From contig JAWSUI010000030.1 of the NCBI GenBank assembly GCA_033551855.1, positions 1 through 46,915 on the forward strand: a DNA stretch of 46,915 nt, written 5' to 3'. The notes beneath the pieces were generated by a model. It was not told where the DNA came from. It was given only the letters and a program-made list of their open reading frames with translations, and searched no databases. Source of the DNA: Deferrisomatales bacterium. Its GTDB lineage: Bacteria > Desulfobacterota > Deferrisomatia > Deferrisomatales > JACRMM01. Position numbers and translations under genes: made by a program. Positions 17,708 through 26,905 of the stretch are shown here, piece after piece; the stretch's first letter is position 1; the number at the start of each line of letters is the position of its first letter.

Positions 17708-19456
17708 TCAGAAGCTCGCCACTACCGCCAGCACGGCGAAGAGCGCCACCACCGCAGCGGCGATGTACTGCTGGAGCTTGCCGGTCTGGGCGTGGCGCAG
17801 TTTGTCCCCGAACCCCCACACGCCCTCTGCCACGCCGTCCACCACCCCGTCGATGGCCTTCACGTCGAACCGGGACCACAGGGCAGCCGCGCCCAGGGCG
17901 AACCGCATCCCCACGGTCCGGTAGACCTCGCCGACCCAGTCGTTCACCGGTGAGAGGGCCCCTCGGAACAGCCGCACCACCTGGACGGATCCCTTCCGGT
18001 AGAACCAGTCGAGATCCAGGTTGAGCTTGGGCTCGGGCGTGAGCTTCTTGCGCAGCAGGTAGAACCCCAACGCCGTGAACCCGAGGATCTGGAGCGTCTC
18101 GGAGAGGTGGTAGGCGGTGTAAGGCTCGTAGGTGACCGGGAACGGGAGCATCCGGTAGAGGTACTCGGGGTAGATGCCCAGGAAGAAGCAGAAGAAGGAG
18201 GCGATCCCCATCGCCACGAGCATGTTCTTCGGCGGATCCTTGCAGACGACCCCCTTGTCCTCTCCGAACCAGATGAAATAGGGGAGCTTGATCCCCACCG
18301 AGAGGAACGTGCCCACCGAAGCCAGGATCAGCATGAGCATGAGCACCAGGTGGTGCGCCTCGCCGGCCCCCGCCACCACCATCGACTTGGAGACGAAGCC
18401 GCTGGTGAGGGGGAACCCGGAGATCGAGATCCCCCCGATCACTGTGGCGACCATCGCCAGGGGCATGCGCTTGTAGAGGCCCCCGAGCTCCGAGAGCTTC
18501 GTGGTGCCGGCCATCTCGAGCACCGCGCCCACGCCCATGAAGAGCAGGGCCTTGTAGAGGATGTGGGCGTAGGCGTGGGCGACTGCCCCGTTCACCGCCA
18601 TGGCGGTGCCGATCCCGATGCCGCACACCATGTAGCCCACCTGGCTCACGATGTGGTAGGCCAGGATGCGCCGGCCGTCGTTCTCGATGATGGCGTACCC
18701 GACCCCGTAGAGCGTCATGACGGCCCCGGCGACGGCCAGCACCTCGTACCCAGGGAAGGCCCGGGCCAGCACGTAGACCGCGGTCTTGGTGGTGAAGGCG
18801 CACATGAACACCCCGCCCATCACCGTGGACTCCGGGTAGGCGTCGGGGAGCCAGGAGTGGAGCGGCGGCACCGCGGCGTTGAGCGCGAAGCCGATGAGGA
18901 TCAGGTAGGCCGCGAGGTTGGCGTGCTCGGGGGCGATGGGGCCGAAGGCCAGGTCCCGGGTGTGCATCCACCACAGGAAGATACCCGCCATGAGGACGAG
19001 CCCGCCCACCACGTGGACCAGGAGGTACCGAAAGCCCGCCGCCAGCGAGGCGGGCTTTCGCCGCAGCCAGACGAGGAAGACCGAGGAGAAGGCCATCAGC
19101 TCCCAGAAGATGAAGAGCGTCAGGTAGTCTCCCGCCAGGGTCACCCCCACCGAGCCCGCCACGTAGAGGTAGCCGGCCACGTGCTGCCAGCGGTCCTCGA
19201 CGTGCATCCCGTAGATCGCCCCGATGAGGGCCATCAGGGTGAACACGTGGAGGAAGACGATGGCGAGCTGGTCGACCTGGCCGAAGACGAGCTCGAAGCC
19301 GAGGTAGGTGGCCCGCCCGTAGGTGCCCGCCTCCATGAAGTGGACCGAGACGAAAGCCGCCAGGGGAATGACCCAGAGGGCCTTGCGGGCCTTGGGGAAG
19401 AGCGCCGCCAAGGCTGCGCCCGCGAGGAAGAAGACCACGGGGTGGACGATGCCCAT
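17708..19456 (-). CDS. Antiporter-like subunit (MrpD/NuoL superfamily) carrying a NuoL-type C-terminal lateral helix and final TM
   Basis: FIFWELMA, PLHSWLPDAYPE, RRILAYHIVSQVGYM, HILYKALLFM and GFPLTSGFVSK; C-terminal DWFY...AIDGVVDG...QTGKLQQY plus TM. Confidence 0.85.
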   Translation of the reverse strand: MGIVHPVVFFLAGAALAALFPKARKALWVIPLAAFVSVHFMEAGTYGRATYLGFELVFGQVDQLAIVFLHVFTLMALIGAIYGMHVEDRWQHVAGYLYVAGSVGVTLAGDYLTLFIFWELMAFSSVFLVWLRRKPASLAAGFRYLLVHVVGGLVLMAGIFLWWMHTRDLAFGPIAPEHANLAAYLILIGFALNAAVPPLHSWLPDAYPESTVMGGVFMCAFTTKTAVYVLARAFPGYEVLAVAGAVMTLYGVGYAIIENDGRRILAYHIVSQVGYMVCGIGIGTAMAVNGAVAHAYAHILYKALLFMGVGAVLEMAGTTKLSELGGLYKRMPLAMVATVIGGISISGFPLTSGFVSKSMVVAGAGEAHHLVLMLMLILASVGTFLSVGIKLPYFIWFGEDKGVVCKDPPKNMLVAMGIASFFCFFLGIYPEYLYRMLPFPVTYEPYTAYHLSETLQILGFTALGFYLLRKKLTPEPKLNLDLDWFYRKGSVQVVRLFRGALSPVNDWVGEVYRTVGMRFALGAAALWSRFDVKAIDGVVDGVAEGVWGFGDKLRHAQTGKLQQYIAAAVVALFAVLAVVASF

Positions 19457-19459
19457 TGC

Positions 19460-19723
19460 TCAGCCCTCCCCGTTCTCGCCGCGGTAGAAGCCCTCGGGCT
19501 TCATGAGCCAGAGGTGGCCGATGCCCTTCATGAACCGGGCCATGGCCCAGCACCCCACGAGACCGTAGACCGCCCAGAAGGCGCGGATGCGGTCGCCCAC
19601 GAAGTGGGGCTCGTGGCGCGGGGCGTACACGTCGTACAGCACGAAGAGGCCCAGGGCCCCGAAGAACACGGCGCGCAGGAGCTGGGGGCGCTCCCGGAGC
19701 CGGTCGATCCAGCGCACGATCAT
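19460..19723 (-). CDS. Small 2-TM membrane protein (87 aa) within the nuo operon
   Basis: MIVRWIDRLRERPQLLRAVFFGALGLFVLYD...FWAVYGLVGCWAMARFMKGIGHLWLMKPEGFY; ATGA-coupled to the upstream gene and ends 3 nt before the next start. Confidence 0.8.
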   Translation of the reverse strand: MIVRWIDRLRERPQLLRAVFFGALGLFVLYDVYAPRHEPHFVGDRIRAFWAVYGLVGCWAMARFMKGIGHLWLMKPEGFYRGENGEG

Positions 19724-21195
19724 CGGACGACCTCGATGAGCCGGAGGAAGAGATCCGGGTAGAAGCCGAAGACCACAGAGAGCACCGCCGTGGCACAGAG
19801 CGGCACCACCATGAAGGGCGAGGCCTCCGCGTAGCCGAGCTGCGCCGCCGCCCCGTTCCGGGGGAAGAAGGCCCGCACCACCACCGGGACGAAGTAGCCG
19901 GCGTTGAGGAGCGAGCTCGCCAGGAGCACTACCAGGAGCCCCACGCTCTCGAGCTGCATCGTGCCCATGGCCAAGTACCACTTGCTCACGAACCCGGCCA
20001 CGGGCGGCACCCCGATCATGGACAGGCTCGCCAGGGCGAACGCAGCCATGGTCCAAGGCATCCGGTACCCGATGCCGTCGAGTTGGCTGATCTCGGTCTT
20101 GCGGTGGGCCACCATGATGGCCCCGGCGCAGAAGAACAGCGTGATCTTGGAGAAGGCGTGGTTGGGGATGTGGATGAGCCCCCCGGTGATCCCGCTGTGG
20201 GTCAGGAGGGCCACCCCGAAGACGATGTAGGCGAGCTGGCTGATGGTGGAGTAGGCGAGCCGGGCCTTCAGGTTGTCCTTCGTGAGGGCCACGGCCGAAC
20301 CGGCGAGCACCGTGAAGGCCGCGATGTAGGCCGTGACGAGCCCCAGACCGTAGTCCTTGAGGAGGTCCACCCCGAAGACGTAGAGCATCACCCGGCAGAT
20401 GGAGAAGACGCCCACCTTGACCACCGCGACCGCGTGCAGGAGCGCGCTCACCGGGGTGGGGGCCACCATCGCCGAGGGCAGCCAGTTGTGGAAGGGCATG
20501 AGGGCCGCCTTGGCGTACCCGAAGAGCGAGAGGAAGTAGACCACCGTGACCAGGGCCCGGCTCGCGGTCTCCGGGAAGATGCCCGGGCCGATCCGGGTGG
20601 CGAAGTCCAGGGTCCCGGTGGCGACGTAGATGAGCGCCATGGCCGGGAGCAGGAAGAGCTTCGAGGTCACCATGAGGTAGGTGATGTACTTGCGGCTCCC
20701 GTCGTAGGCTTCCCGGTCCTGGTGGTGCATGACCAGGGGATAGGTGCAGATGCTCACCACCTCGTAAAAGAGGTAGAGGGTGAGCACGCTGCCGGAGAAG
20801 GCGACCCCGACGGCCCCGAAGATCGTGGCGGCGTAGCAGGTGTAGAACCGGGTCTGGGCGTGCTCGTGGAGCCCCCGCATGTATCCCACGCAGTAGAAGC
20901 CTGCGAGGATCCACAGGAAGGACGAGACACCGGCGAAGAGCAGGCTCATGCCGTCCACCCGGAGCCTGATCGCCACCCCGGGGAAGAACTCGAACAGGGT
21001 CCAGGTGTAGGCGCCCCCCATGGGCCCGGTGACGTGGGGCAGGAGCGACAGGGAGGCGATGAAGGTGACGGCGGCGCCGATCACCGACCACGCCTCCCGC
21101 ACGTTGGGCCAGCGGCCCGAGCCCAGGATGAGGACCGCTGTCAGCAGCGGGACGAGGAGCGGTACGAGGACCAGGGCGCTCTCGATGTCGTGCAT
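19720..21195 (-). CDS. Monovalent cation/H+ antiporter subunit D / NuoL-core-like protein
   Basis: LYLFYEVV, AKAALMPFHNWLPSAMVAPTPVSALLHAVAVVKVG, LKARLAYSTISQL and HAFSKITLFF; 491 aa with no long C-terminal extension. Confidence 0.88.
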   Translation of the reverse strand: MHDIESALVLVPLLVPLLTAVLILGSGRWPNVREAWSVIGAAVTFIASLSLLPHVTGPMGGAYTWTLFEFFPGVAIRLRVDGMSLLFAGVSSFLWILAGFYCVGYMRGLHEHAQTRFYTCYAATIFGAVGVAFSGSVLTLYLFYEVVSICTYPLVMHHQDREAYDGSRKYITYLMVTSKLFLLPAMALIYVATGTLDFATRIGPGIFPETASRALVTVVYFLSLFGYAKAALMPFHNWLPSAMVAPTPVSALLHAVAVVKVGVFSICRVMLYVFGVDLLKDYGLGLVTAYIAAFTVLAGSAVALTKDNLKARLAYSTISQLAYIVFGVALLTHSGITGGLIHIPNHAFSKITLFFCAGAIMVAHRKTEISQLDGIGYRMPWTMAAFALASLSMIGVPPVAGFVSKWYLAMGTMQLESVGLLVVLLASSLLNAGYFVPVVVRAFFPRNGAAAQLGYAEASPFMVVPLCATAVLSVVFGFYPDLFLRLIEVVR

Positions 21196-21205
21196 GGCGG
21201 TCCCG

Positions 21206-21529
21206 TCAGTCTCTCAACTGGGTGAGGTCGTCGGCCAGGGTGGACCGGAAGTTCCGGTACACGGTGACCACGATGGACAGGCAGATGGCTGCCTCGGCGG
21301 CGGCCAGCCCCATGATGAAGAGCGTGAAGGTCTGGCCGACGCTCTTGTCGGGGGCGAGGAAGGTGTTGAAGGCGATGAAGTTGAGCCCCGCGCCGTTGAT
21401 GATGAGCTCGATGCTGATGAGCATGCCGATGAAGCCCGGCCGGCTCACGAGGCCGTAGAGGCCCAGCGCGAACAGGCACAGCGCCAGGATCAGATAGGAC
21501 TCCAGGTGGCCGAAGAGCAGGGGCTGCAT
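21206..21529 (-). CDS. nuoK: NADH-quinone oxidoreductase subunit K
   Basis: MLISIELIING...GQTFTLFIMGLAAAEAAI. Confidence 0.92.
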   Translation of the reverse strand: MQPLLFGHLESYLILALCLFALGLYGLVSRPGFIGMLISIELIINGAGLNFIAFNTFLAPDKSVGQTFTLFIMGLAAAEAAICLSIVVTVYRNFRSTLADDLTQLRD

Positions 21530-22086
21530 CAGGACCCTCCCGGAGTGCCACGGCCGCGCCTGGCCAGCACCACCGAACCCACGATGGCCACCAGGAGCAC
21601 CAGGGAGATGAGCTCGAAGACCAACACGTAGCTCGTGAGGAGCCGCATCCCCACCGCCTCGACGGTGTGGGAGTCGGGCACGACCTCCGCGGCCGGCACC
21701 CAGTGGGTGGAGAGGACGGCGCTCCCGAGCAGGAGCCCCGCAAACAGCGCGGCCACGAAGCCGGCGCCCACCTTGCCCGCGAGGAACAGGGGGTGCTTCT
21801 CCGCCTCCTGCGGGGGCCGGGCGAGCATCACCGCGAAGACCAGGCTGATGCAGATCGCCCCCACGTAGATGAGAATCTGCATGACGGCGATGAAGTGGCT
21901 GCCGAGGTAGACGTAGAGACCCGCCACCCCGATGAGGGAGGTGGCCAGCCCCAGCACGGCGTGGATCAGCCTGCGGGCCCCCACCGCCACGATCCCCCCC
22001 AGGAGCGCCAGGAGGGCGAACCCCACGAAGGCCGCGTCGGCCAGGTAGACGTAGAACTTCAGGCTCGGGTCGAAGGTGAAGGTCAT
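21529..22086 (-). CDS. nuoJ: NADH-quinone oxidoreductase subunit J
   Basis: FIAVMQILIYVGAI...YVLVFELISLVLLVAIVGSV. Confidence 0.92.
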   Translation of the reverse strand: MTFTFDPSLKFYVYLADAAFVGFALLALLGGIVAVGARRLIHAVLGLATSLIGVAGLYVYLGSHFIAVMQILIYVGAICISLVFAVMLARPPQEAEKHPLFLAGKVGAGFVAALFAGLLLGSAVLSTHWVPAAEVVPDSHTVEAVGMRLLTSYVLVFELISLVLLVAIVGSVVLARRGRGTPGGS

Positions 22087-22090
22087 GGTC

Positions 22091-22139
22091 GGCTTTCGGC
22101 TCTCGGCGTTCAGCAGTCAGCTCTCGACGATCAGCTTTC
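22091..22139. repeat. Degenerate heptamer array (7 units) in the nuoI-nuoJ gap
   Basis: ggctttc ggctctc ggcgttc agcagtc agctctc gacgatc agctttc. Confidence 0.75.
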
Positions 22140-22739
22140 CGGTTTTGCTTCGGCGCCCTTCGGCGGCACGTCCGGCGCGGCCTGCCCCGGTGCGGCCTCT
22201 TCGGGCTTGGGGCGCACCCTTCTCTGCTTGGCGTCCGCCCCGCCGTCCGCTTCCCCTTCGGCGGGGGGCGGCTTGGGCTTGGGTACGATGCCCTGGGCCT
22301 TCACCCGGTCCCGAAGCCGCTCCACGAGGTCGAAGTGGAACTCGTGGCGGGAGTACCCGGCGAGCTGGTAGTCCCCCGAGTACTCCAGTGCACTCGTGGG
22401 GCACACCTCGACGCAGTTGCCGCACAGGCTGCACTTGGTGAAGTCCAGGGCGTAGCGGGTGAGCACCTTCTTCTTGGAGCCCTCGGGCTTCTCCCCGGTC
22501 AGGTCGATGCACTGGGAAGGGCAGGCGTTCTGGCACATCATGCAGACGATGCACTTGTCGCCGGCGGTCTCCGGGTCGATGACCAGGTCGGTGTGGCCCC
22601 GGAAGTTGGGGGTGATGGGGAGCGTCTCGTAGGGGTAGTGGCAGGTCACGGTCGGCGAGAGGGCGTACCGGGCCGTGAGCCTCATGCCCACCAAGAGCGT
22701 CCACAGTCCCCCGAAGATTTCCTTGAAGTAGTTGATCAT
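22131..22739 (-). CDS. nuoI: NADH-quinone oxidoreductase subunit I
   Basis: T.HYPYE, CIVCMMCQNACP and CSLCGNCVEVCP; low-complexity C-terminal tail. Confidence 0.92.
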   Translation of the reverse strand: MINYFKEIFGGLWTLLVGMRLTARYALSPTVTCHYPYETLPITPNFRGHTDLVIDPETAGDKCIVCMMCQNACPSQCIDLTGEKPEGSKKKVLTRYALDFTKCSLCGNCVEVCPTSALEYSGDYQLAGYSRHEFHFDLVERLRDRVKAQGIVPKPKPPPAEGEADGGADAKQRRVRPKPEEAAPGQAAPDVPPKGAEAKPES

Positions 22740-22743
22740 CGCG

Positions 22744-23781
22744 TCAGCCCGCGAAAGGGGTCTTGAGCCAGATGGCCGTGGCGGCCAGGTTGGCCATGGA
22801 GATGGGGATGAGCACTTTCCAGCAGAAGTTCAGGAGCTGGTCGAAGCGCACCCGGGGGAAGGTCCACCGCATCCAGATCATCACCACGAGGAGCCCATAG
22901 GTCTTCAGCAGGAACCACCCGAGCTGGTAGAGGTTGGCCAGCAGCCCCGTGGAGGTCACCTCCAGGAAGGCCGGGGCCGCCCAGCCGCCCAGGAAGAGGG
23001 TGGTGGCGATGGCGCACACCAGCACCATGTTCGTGTACTCCCCGAGGAAGAACAGCCCGAAGCCCATGCCTGCGTACTCGGTGTGGAAGCCCGCGGTGAG
23101 CTCGCTCTCGGCCTCCGGCATGTCGAAGGGGGCGCGGTTGGTCTCGGCCATGCCGGTGATGAAGTAGATGACGAAGGCCACCAACCCCATGGGGGTGAAC
23201 ACGTACCAGTTGGGGATCACCCCGAGCCACGAGCCCTGCTGGCTCCGGACGATGTCGCCCATGCTGAAGCTGCCCACCCAAAGGACGATCGTGACCAGGC
23301 AGATGAGGAGGGGAATCTCGTAGGCCACGCTCTGGGCCACCGCCCGGATCGAGCCGAAGAGGCTGTACTTGTTGTTCGAGCTCCAGCCGGCCACCAGGAT
23401 CGCGAGCACGTTGATGGCCGCGAGGGAGAGGATGAAGAGCACCCCCACGTTGAGATCGCGCACCTGGAGGCTCGAGGAAAACGGCACGACGATCAGGGCG
23501 GCGATGGGGGGGACGAAGCTCAGGATCGGGGCCGCGCGGAAGAGCCTTCGGTCGGCGCCCGCGGGGACGGGGATCTGCTTGCCCATGAGCTTGAGGCCGT
23601 CCACCGCCGTCTGGAGCAGGCCGTGGGGCCCCACCTCGAAGGGCCCGGGGCGGCGCTGGATATGCCCGCAGAGCTTCCGCTCGACCAGCACCATGATCGC
23701 CGCGTTGGCGAACGCGAATATCACGACCACCGCGGCGGAGAGGGCGATGCGCAGGAGCTCGGGGGGGAGGGCTTCGGTCAT
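22744..23781 (-). CDS. nuoH: NADH-quinone oxidoreductase subunit H
   Basis: ERK..G.IQRRPGP, GLLQ...DGLKL, AETNRAPFDMPEAESEL.AGFHTEY and PRVRFDQL. Confidence 0.95.
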   Translation of the reverse strand: MTEALPPELLRIALSAAVVVIFAFANAAIMVLVERKLCGHIQRRPGPFEVGPHGLLQTAVDGLKLMGKQIPVPAGADRRLFRAAPILSFVPPIAALIVVPFSSSLQVRDLNVGVLFILSLAAINVLAILVAGWSSNNKYSLFGSIRAVAQSVAYEIPLLICLVTIVLWVGSFSMGDIVRSQQGSWLGVIPNWYVFTPMGLVAFVIYFITGMAETNRAPFDMPEAESELTAGFHTEYAGMGFGLFFLGEYTNMVLVCAIATTLFLGGWAAPAFLEVTSTGLLANLYQLGWFLLKTYGLLVVMIWMRWTFPRVRFDQLLNFCWKVLIPISMANLAATAIWLKTPFAG

Positions 23782-23796
23782 GGGGTTTCGCCTTCC

Positions 23797-23860
23797 GTCC
23801 GTTGTCCGTTGTCCGTGGGAGGACCGGCCCGCGGCCGGTACGGGACCACGGACGAGCGAC
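23797..23860. repeat. Heptamer repeats with an inverted partner in the nuoD-nuoH gap
   Basis: gtccgtt gtccgtt gtccgtg (23797-23817) and complementary ccacggac at about 23846-23853. Confidence 0.65.
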
Positions 23861-24972
23861 TACCGGTCGATCTCCGGGATCACCAGATCCAGGCTGCCAC
23901 CGATCGCCACGAGGTCCGCCAGGAGCACCCCCGCGCCGAGCTCGGAGAGCAGGCTCAGGTTCGAATAGCTCGGGGGGCGGATCTTGAGCCGGTAGGGCCT
24001 GTCCGTGCCGTCGGCCACCAGGTAGTAGTCGAGCTGGCCCCGGGCGGCCTCCACGGCCTGTACCAGATCCCCCGGGCCGACCTTGAGCTTCTTGGGAACC
24101 TTGCCCATCACCGGGCCGTCGGGGAGCTTCGCCAGCGCCTGCTCGACGATGCGCAGGGACTGCTCCATCTCGGCCATGCGCACCAGGTACCGCGCCAGAC
24201 AGTCGCCCTCGGGGCAGGTGGGGATCTCGAAGTCGAGCTCGGGGTACACCGAGTAGGGCTCGGCCCGGCGGATGTCGTAGGCCACGCCGCTGCCCCGCAG
24301 CACCGGACCCGTCGCGCCGTACTTGAGGGCCATGTCCTTCGAGATCACCCCCACGCCTTCGTTCCGCTTGCGGAAGATCACGTTGCCGGTGACCAGCTTC
24401 TCGTAGGTGTCGAACCGGCCGCGCAGGCGCTGGATGAACTCCTTCGTCCCGTCGAGGAACCGGTCGTCCAGATCCCGGGCCACGCCGCCGATCCTGTGGT
24501 AGCTGAAGGTGATGCGGGCACCGGTGACGTGCTCCAGGAGGTCGAGGAGGTGCTCGCGGTCATCGAAGGAGTAGAGGATCGGGGTGAACGCCCCCAGGTC
24601 CAGCAGGCAGGCCCCGAACCAGAGGAGGTGGCTCGCGATGCGGTTGAGCTCGGTGGTGATGACCCGGATGTACTCCGCCCGGGGGGGCACCTCGATGCCG
24701 GCGAGCCGCTCCACGGCCAGCACGTGGCCGTGGCCGAAGGAGAGGGCGCCCGCGTAGTCCATGCGCCCCACGTTGGCGTAGAAGCCGGGGTAGCTGCGGA
24801 CCTCGGCCATCTTCTCGTGCATGCGGTGGCCGTACCCGATGACCGGCACGGCCTCGAGCACGTACTCGCCGTCCATCTTCAGCACGATCCGCAGCACCCC
24901 GTGGGTTGCCGGGTGCTGGGGCCCCATGTTGAGGACGAGGGTCTCGTGATGGGGATCGACCCTGGGAATCAT
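23860..24972 (-). CDS. nuoD: NADH-quinone oxidoreductase subunit D
   Basis: LNMGPQHPATHGVLR, GYGHRMHEK, ELNRIASHL and C-terminal SLDLVIPEIDR; no NiFe-binding CxxC motifs; ATGA-coupled to nuoC. Confidence 0.95.
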   Translation of the reverse strand: MIPRVDPHHETLVLNMGPQHPATHGVLRIVLKMDGEYVLEAVPVIGYGHRMHEKMAEVRSYPGFYANVGRMDYAGALSFGHGHVLAVERLAGIEVPPRAEYIRVITTELNRIASHLLWFGACLLDLGAFTPILYSFDDREHLLDLLEHVTGARITFSYHRIGGVARDLDDRFLDGTKEFIQRLRGRFDTYEKLVTGNVIFRKRNEGVGVISKDMALKYGATGPVLRGSGVAYDIRRAEPYSVYPELDFEIPTCPEGDCLARYLVRMAEMEQSLRIVEQALAKLPDGPVMGKVPKKLKVGPGDLVQAVEAARGQLDYYLVADGTDRPYRLKIRPPSYSNLSLLSELGAGVLLADLVAIGGSLDLVIPEIDR

Positions 24973-25520
24973 GCGCCTTCCTCCCCGGCCTTCTCCGCCT
25001 TGGGGCGCGGCTTCGCGGGCTTCTCGCCGTCCTGGGCCCCGGGGGGCGGACCGAACTCGGGGATCAGCTCGGCAAGGGACTTGAGCGATCCCTCCTCCTT
25101 GCGCAGGGGGCGCAGATCCCCGGCGTCCTCCGGGAGGATCAGGGGGCTGAGATCGGGGTGCCCCTCGAAGACCACCCCGTAGAAGTCGTGGGTCTCCCGC
25201 TCGTGCCAGTTGGCTCCGGGGTATATGTCGCTGATGGTGGGGGCCCTGGGGTCGTTGCGATCCGTGAGGAGCTTGAGCGCCGCCCGGCACCCGCCCTCCG
25301 GGTGGCTGAAGTGGTACACCAGGAGCATCTGGGGGGCGGCGTCCACCGCGGTGACGTGGTCGATCAGGAACCAGCGTTCCCTGAGCGCCGTCGCGGCAGC
25401 CCGGAGGTGCTCTGGGGCGACCAGGGCGTCGACGTGGACGCCGCGGGCCGCGTGGTCGGGCTGCACCACCCGGGAGGCGCCGATCTGCTCGAGGACGGCT
25501 CGGATCTCCTCAGGCGACAT
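24969..25520 (-). CDS. nuoC: NADH-quinone oxidoreductase subunit C
   Basis: [31 protein letters not shown]...PLRK. Confidence 0.92.
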   Translation of the reverse strand: MSPEEIRAVLEQIGASRVVQPDHAARGVHVDALVAPEHLRAAATALRERWFLIDHVTAVDAAPQMLLVYHFSHPEGGCRAALKLLTDRNDPRAPTISDIYPGANWHERETHDFYGVVFEGHPDLSPLILPEDAGDLRPLRKEEGSLKSLAELIPEFGPPPGAQDGEKPAKPRPKAEKAGEEGA

Positions 25521-26121
25521 GGGAGCCCTTGCCCTTTCTCTTGGGGACCAAGACGCCGCGCATCTGGGGGAACGGGTGGCGCACGCCGGCGATCTTCTCC
25601 TGGAGCTTGAAGATCCCCTCCATGAGCCCCTCCGGGCGCGGCGGGCACCCGGGCACGTACACGTCCACCGGGATGAGCCGGTCCACCCCTTCGATCACGT
25701 TGTAGTTCTCGGGGATCTTGAACGGCCCCCCCGAGATCGCGCAGTTGCCCATCGCGATGACGTACTTGGGCGAGGGCATCTGCTCGTACAGGGTCACCAC
25801 CGCGGGGGCCATCTTCTTGTTCACCGTGCCGCAAACGATCATCAGGTCGCACTGGCGCGGGGACGGCCGGAACACCTCCGCCCCGTAGCGGGAGGCGTCG
25901 AGTCGCGCCATGCCCATGGCCATCATCTCCAGGGCGCAGCAGGCGAGCCCGAAGGTCATGGGCCACAGCGAGTTGGCGCGGCAGTAGGCCAGCACCGCGT
26001 CGATGGCAGGGTTGCGCAGCCGGGCCGGCAGTTCCTCGTACGCATACCCGGGCCCGGCCTCGAGGACAGGGCACGCGGCGCACCCGGGGGCGGCTAGCGC
26101 GTTTGGATCTTTCGGGGCCAC
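25510..26121 (-). CDS. nuoB: NADH-quinone oxidoreductase subunit B
   Basis: [39 protein letters not shown] and [15 protein letters not shown] 26121 with AAGGGAG. Confidence 0.95.
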   Translation of the reverse strand: MAPKDPNALAAPGCAACPVLEAGPGYAYEELPARLRNPAIDAVLAYCRANSLWPMTFGLACCALEMMAMGMARLDASRYGAEVFRPSPRQCDLMIVCGTVNKKMAPAVVTLYEQMPSPKYVIAMGNCAISGGPFKIPENYNVIEGVDRLIPVDVYVPGCPPRPEGLMEGIFKLQEKIAGVRHPFPQMRGVLVPKRKGKGSHVA

Positions 26122-26483
26122 GTGAACACTCCCTTGCGCCAGGCGTAGGCGATGGCAAGCGAGAGAATCGCAAGGAACAGGACCACGGTGAAGGCGACGC
26201 CCGCACCGGGCACCTTGCGGTAGGCGATGGCCACGGGGAAGAGGTAGAGCACGTCCACGTCGAACGCGAGGAACATCAGGGCGTAGAGGTAGTAGAGCAC
26301 CCCGTAGCGCATCCAGGCGGGCCCGATGGGGTCCATCCCGCACTCGTAGGCGTCGAGGGTCTTGGACCAGAGGCTGCGGGGGGCGAGAAGGGCGGAGACG
26401 GCGAAGGGGAGGGCGGCGGCGACCAGGCCGGCGGCCAGGAAGAAGAGGACGTAGGCGTGGTCGAGGACCCACTGGTCATCCAA
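26094..26483 (-). CDS. nuoA: NADH-quinone oxidoreductase subunit A
   Basis: [27 protein letters not shown] and [12 protein letters not shown] 26483 with GGAGGT. Confidence 0.92.
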   Translation of the reverse strand: MDDQWVLDHAYVLFFLAAGLVAAALPFAVSALLAPRSLWSKTLDAYECGMDPIGPAWMRYGVLYYLYALMFLAFDVDVLYLFPVAIAYRKVPGAGVAFTVVLFLAILSLAIAYAWRKGVFTWPRKIQTR

Positions 26484-26523
26484 AGTCCCACCTCCCGGAA
26501 GGCCGTTTGCCTGACGGGGCCGG

Positions 26524-26553
26524 ACCATATTCCATTCGTCGTTTTCGTGTCAA
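26524..26553 (-). promoter_or_regulatory. Putative sigma70 promoter of the nuo operon
   Basis: Minus strand TTGACA (26553-26548), 18 nt, TATGGT (26529-26524), about 40 bp upstream of nuoA in an AT-richer region. Confidence 0.55.
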
Positions 26554-26905
26554 CAAATTGCGGTGCCCGACGGGGTGTTGCTCCCGGTTTTGCACGCCGG
26601 TGCTCTGAAAAGCGCCTGTTCTGAAATGGGATTTCACGTTCTAAGGTGAAGCAGAAACAGCTGCAATGGAGGTCGCCTGCCGGAATATAAACCATGTTTT
26701 ATAGAAGCCGATGCCTGAATAGTCCGAACTTTTCTGGAGAAAGTGGGGGGAGATGGTTGGTGGGATCAAACCCCTGCCAAACCGGGGTTAGGTTGGCGCG
26801 GGCCCCGGGGGGGCGAGAGGCGGGCGGCTCGCGTTCTTCGGGGGGTTTGACGCCCACCCGGTCCCGAGGGCATCCTGGCGGTACCGGGGGGGGTATCGGC
26901 GGGAG

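Noticed and set aside
23860..26121. Possible group 4 [NiFe]-hydrogenase (Ech/Hyf-like)
   Set aside because: The large subunit lacks both CxxC nickel-binding motifs and ends in the NuoD-type EIDR; the small subunit has the NuoB CC motif
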